Source: an uncultured Acidobacteriota bacterium
GTDB taxonomy: Bacteria; Acidobacteriota; JAQAZP01
Reading direction: 5' to 3'
Assembly: GCA_963836075.1 (NCBI GenBank)
Contig: CAWIIB010000009.1
Span: 128,001 to 192,000 of the forward strand
Length of the DNA stretch: 64,000 nucleotides
The notes under the pieces are model-generated. The model had not been told where the DNA came from. It made no database searches and was given only the letters and a program-made list of their open reading frames with translations. Below are positions 61,801 to 64,000 of this stretch, in pieces; within the stretch, counting starts at the first letter, position 1, and every line of letters begins with the position of its first letter. The position numbers were made by a program, and so were the translations under genes.

Positions 61801-62020
61801 TGCCGACTGCTGCAGCAGCCCGAGCCCCATGGGCCCGGCCGACCGGCCGGTCCTCTCGATCTCGGTCGAAGAGCTGCGACGGCGCGGTCTGGGACACCTG
61901 GCCATCGGCGACCTCAACGGTGACGCCGTGCTCGACCAGGCGGACATGGCCGCCTTCATGAGCGGGGCCCGCCCCAGCCTGAAGCCACAGACAAAGGAGG
62001 GCGCATCACTGCAGGAATGA
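58832..62020 (+). CDS. Second large secreted modular protein (PPC-like beta domains, cohesin-like, HYR-like repeats, dockerin-like C-terminus) with several frameshifts
   Basis: Signal MKRLMLIAAVLVLVLSPIDAAA; repeated FDTVLWLYD..NDD..CGL...LSPGTYY; cohesin-like IVGGQFFLGYDNTALDF; ATDNCD repeats; C-terminus paralogous to the 54275 protein. Confidence 0.75.
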
Positions 62021-62045
62021 GACCCACCTCCGAATAACTGTATTG

Positions 62046-62083
62046 GCCTCGCCCCGCGTCCTGCGGGGCGGGGCATTTTTTTT
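62046..62083 (+). terminator. Rho-independent terminator
   Basis: GCCTCGCCCCGC-GTCCT-GCGGGGCGGGGC followed by A and T8. Confidence 0.85.
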
Positions 62084-62122
62084 GGAAAGTGAGCGGCGAT
62101 AGAGGGTTGGCGGAGCAGGCGC

Positions 62123-63274
62123 TCAGGCGTGCCGGCGGCGAAGCTCCGCGGCGGCGGCGGAAATGCTGCGCAGCTTTTCGGTCGCCGTCTCCTCGTCGTT
62201 GACACAGCGGTTGGCAAAGCAGCCGAAGCCGCAGTCGGGATTGAGGAAGATCTGCTGCGGCGTAAAGAAGCGCAGGGCCTGCTCGACCCGGGCCACGATC
62301 TCGTCCACGCTCTCCGGTTCGGCGGTGCGCGGGTTGACCACGCCGAGGCCGATCTCCTTGTGCGAGAGGGCCCGGCCCACCACGCCGATGTCGCCGGCCC
62401 GCGGGGTGGCGTATTCGAGGACAAACTGGTCCACGTTCATCCGCTCGAAAGCGGGGAGCAGCCTGGTGTAGTCGCCGGTGAGCAGCACGTCCTCCCGGCG
62501 GCTCCAGTTGCCGCGGCAGACGTGCAGGCCGGTGCGCAGGCCGTCAACCCCGTCAACGACACGGTTGATCAACTCGGCGGCGTATTCGAGCTCAGCACCC
62601 GCATCACGGCGGGTGGCCAGAGTCGCTCACATGAAGGTGCGGCGTCCGCACTCCTCCGACATGACGATCTCGGTGAGCACCGGTTCGTCGAACTGGACAA
62701 AGGCTGCTCCCTGGTCGCGAAGTTCCAGCAGCTCCTCGCGGAGGATGCGCACCACGTCATCACCCATTTCGGTCTTGCTGGCATACCCCTCGCCGGAGAA
62801 GGCGCCGACCCACATCGAGCGGGTGAGCAGGTACGGACCGGGCAGGGTAACCTTTACCGGAAGATCGGTCAGCCGGCGGACGAACCGCAGCTCATCCACG
62901 GCCAGCGGCTCCCGCCGGGAGAGGCGTCCCACGCAGGTCGGATTGCTGATGGCCGAGGCCGGCACGTCGAGGGTATCCAGGATCTCCTCGAAACCGGACT
63001 TGTCCTCCACCGTGTCCAGCATCTCGGCCAGGGACATCAGCTTTGTCCCGGCGACCTTGTCGGCGATGAAGGAATAGAAGTTGTCCCGCCGGTGCTCTCC
63101 GTCCACCACCAGCTCCACGCCTGCCTCTTCCTGGAGGCGGATGGTGCGGGTGATTTCAGTGTCGGCGATGCGCTCGAACTCGTCGCGCCCGATCCGACCG
63201 TGCCGCCGGTCGCGCAGGGCGCGGAGCAGGGCTTTCGACCGGGGCCAGCTGCCCACCTGGGTTACCGTGAACAT
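62123..63274 (-). CDS. Cobalamin-independent methionine synthase II (MetE C-terminal core) family protein with in-frame UGA (predicted Sec216)
   Basis: VGSWPR, DGEHRR, KVTLPGP, VQFDEP, LHVCRGN, LEYATP, NPDCGF. ORFs 62627..63274 and 62123..62572 share a frame and are joined by ATG-TGA-GCG-ACT-CTG (TGA at 62627-62629). Confidence 0.85.
62596..62615 (-). promoter_or_regulatory. Candidate bacterial SECIS element of the MetE-like gene
   Basis: mRNA CACCCGC-CGUGAU-GCGGGUG, a perfect 7-bp stem starting 11 nt after the UGA. Confidence 0.65.
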
Positions 63275-63307
63275 GTTGTTCTTGGTCCATACTGCTTTGT
63301 GTCCTGT

Positions 63308-64000
63308 CTAAACAATCGCCAGTTTCAGCTGCAGCTCCACGCGCTTTCGCCAGGGTGGAAGCCAGCGGCGAACGGGTCACCGTCCGCTCCCAGGCCCGGC
63401 GCACTTCAGCCTCGTCGTCGAGGGTGGAGGCAAAGCACTTCAGCTCGATCGAGCTGAACGACGGGTCGCCATCGTCGAGGCCGAGGTGAGCCAGCACGTT
63501 GTTCAGCTTCCCGCGGACCGAAATCTCCACGTCATCCACGTTCAGTGACTCCCTGGCGCATTCATTGGCAAAACCGGTGCAGAGGTCACCGGCCAGCGCG
63601 CCAAGGAGGTATTCCACTGCCGAGGGATGCTCGTCCCGCTCTTCGAAACTGGCCGGCTGGCCCACTTGATACGAGAAGTTCCGGCAGTAGACCGTGCTCT
63701 TCAGCCGCCCGGTGGCCCGGACCCGGGCCCGCCACTCATACTCCCGGGCGCGGGCCTTGTCCCCGGCCAGGGCCTGCTCCTCCTCCTTCACCTTCTCCGC
63801 CCCGCGGCGGATAAAGAAGCGGTCGCACCCCTCTCCGGCCAGCTGACCCAGGTAGTCGTGGCCCACCATACGGCACCAGGGGGGCAGCTCGTCACGCACC
63901 GTCACTTCGCGGCTGCGCATCTCAAGCACGCCGCCCACCGGCACCTGGAGCATGTTTTCACGGATCAGCAGGATCAGCCCGGAGCCGCAGTCGAGGTCGC
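63308..64000 (-). CDS. TusA/SirA-like domain fused to an OsmC-like domain; 5' end outside the window, frameshift near 63342
   Basis: DLDCGSGLILLIRENM...LEMRS..TVRDELPPWCRMVGH (TusA-like); PSAVEYLLGALAGDL...VEISVRG...RSPLASTL (OsmC-like). Removing one base gives ...KAVELQLKLAIV* ending at TAG 63308-63310. Confidence 0.8.

Noticed and set aside
63156-63340. ORF-track C-terminal extension of TusA-OsmC overlapping the MetE-like start
   Set aside because: It results from a one-base frameshift near 63342. The corrected frame ends at TAG 63308-63310.

Overview
High-GC bacterial genomic window, roughly two-thirds G+C by eye. The gene style is compatible with an Acidobacteriota-like lineage, but that is inference only. 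Several genes carry single-base frameshifts that look like long-read errors. From left to right the window holds: an RND efflux locus whose RND pump runs in frame into a lipoprotein outer-membrane factor; egtB/egtD (ergothioneine); a CreBC-like two-component system with two near-identical upstream boxes; a FOXRED2-like flavoprotein; a transglutaminase-like protein; an operon combining an OM barrel, LolCDE/LolA-like export, an RPH-like dikinase, a divergent PlsY-like protein, a lipase and a fatty-acyl-reductase-like SDR; a UGA-containing BCP peroxiredoxin; a photo-oxidative-stress/furan-fatty-acid (UfaM/UfaD/UfaO-like) cluster with CarH-type 11-bp repeat operators; an ECF sigma/anti-sigma pair with an ABC exporter; a B12 radical SAM/TylF pair; a cohesin/dockerin-like secreted-protein locus with a candidate sigma54 promoter; and a TusA-OsmC fusion followed by a MetE-core methyltransferase. 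The top finding is that the MetE-like gene has an in-frame UGA (RRTFM-UGA-ATLA) followed by a SECIS-like hairpin whose loop (CGUGA) matches the hairpin after the peroxiredoxin UGA. This makes it a candidate new selenoprotein paired with a sulfur/selenium carrier.
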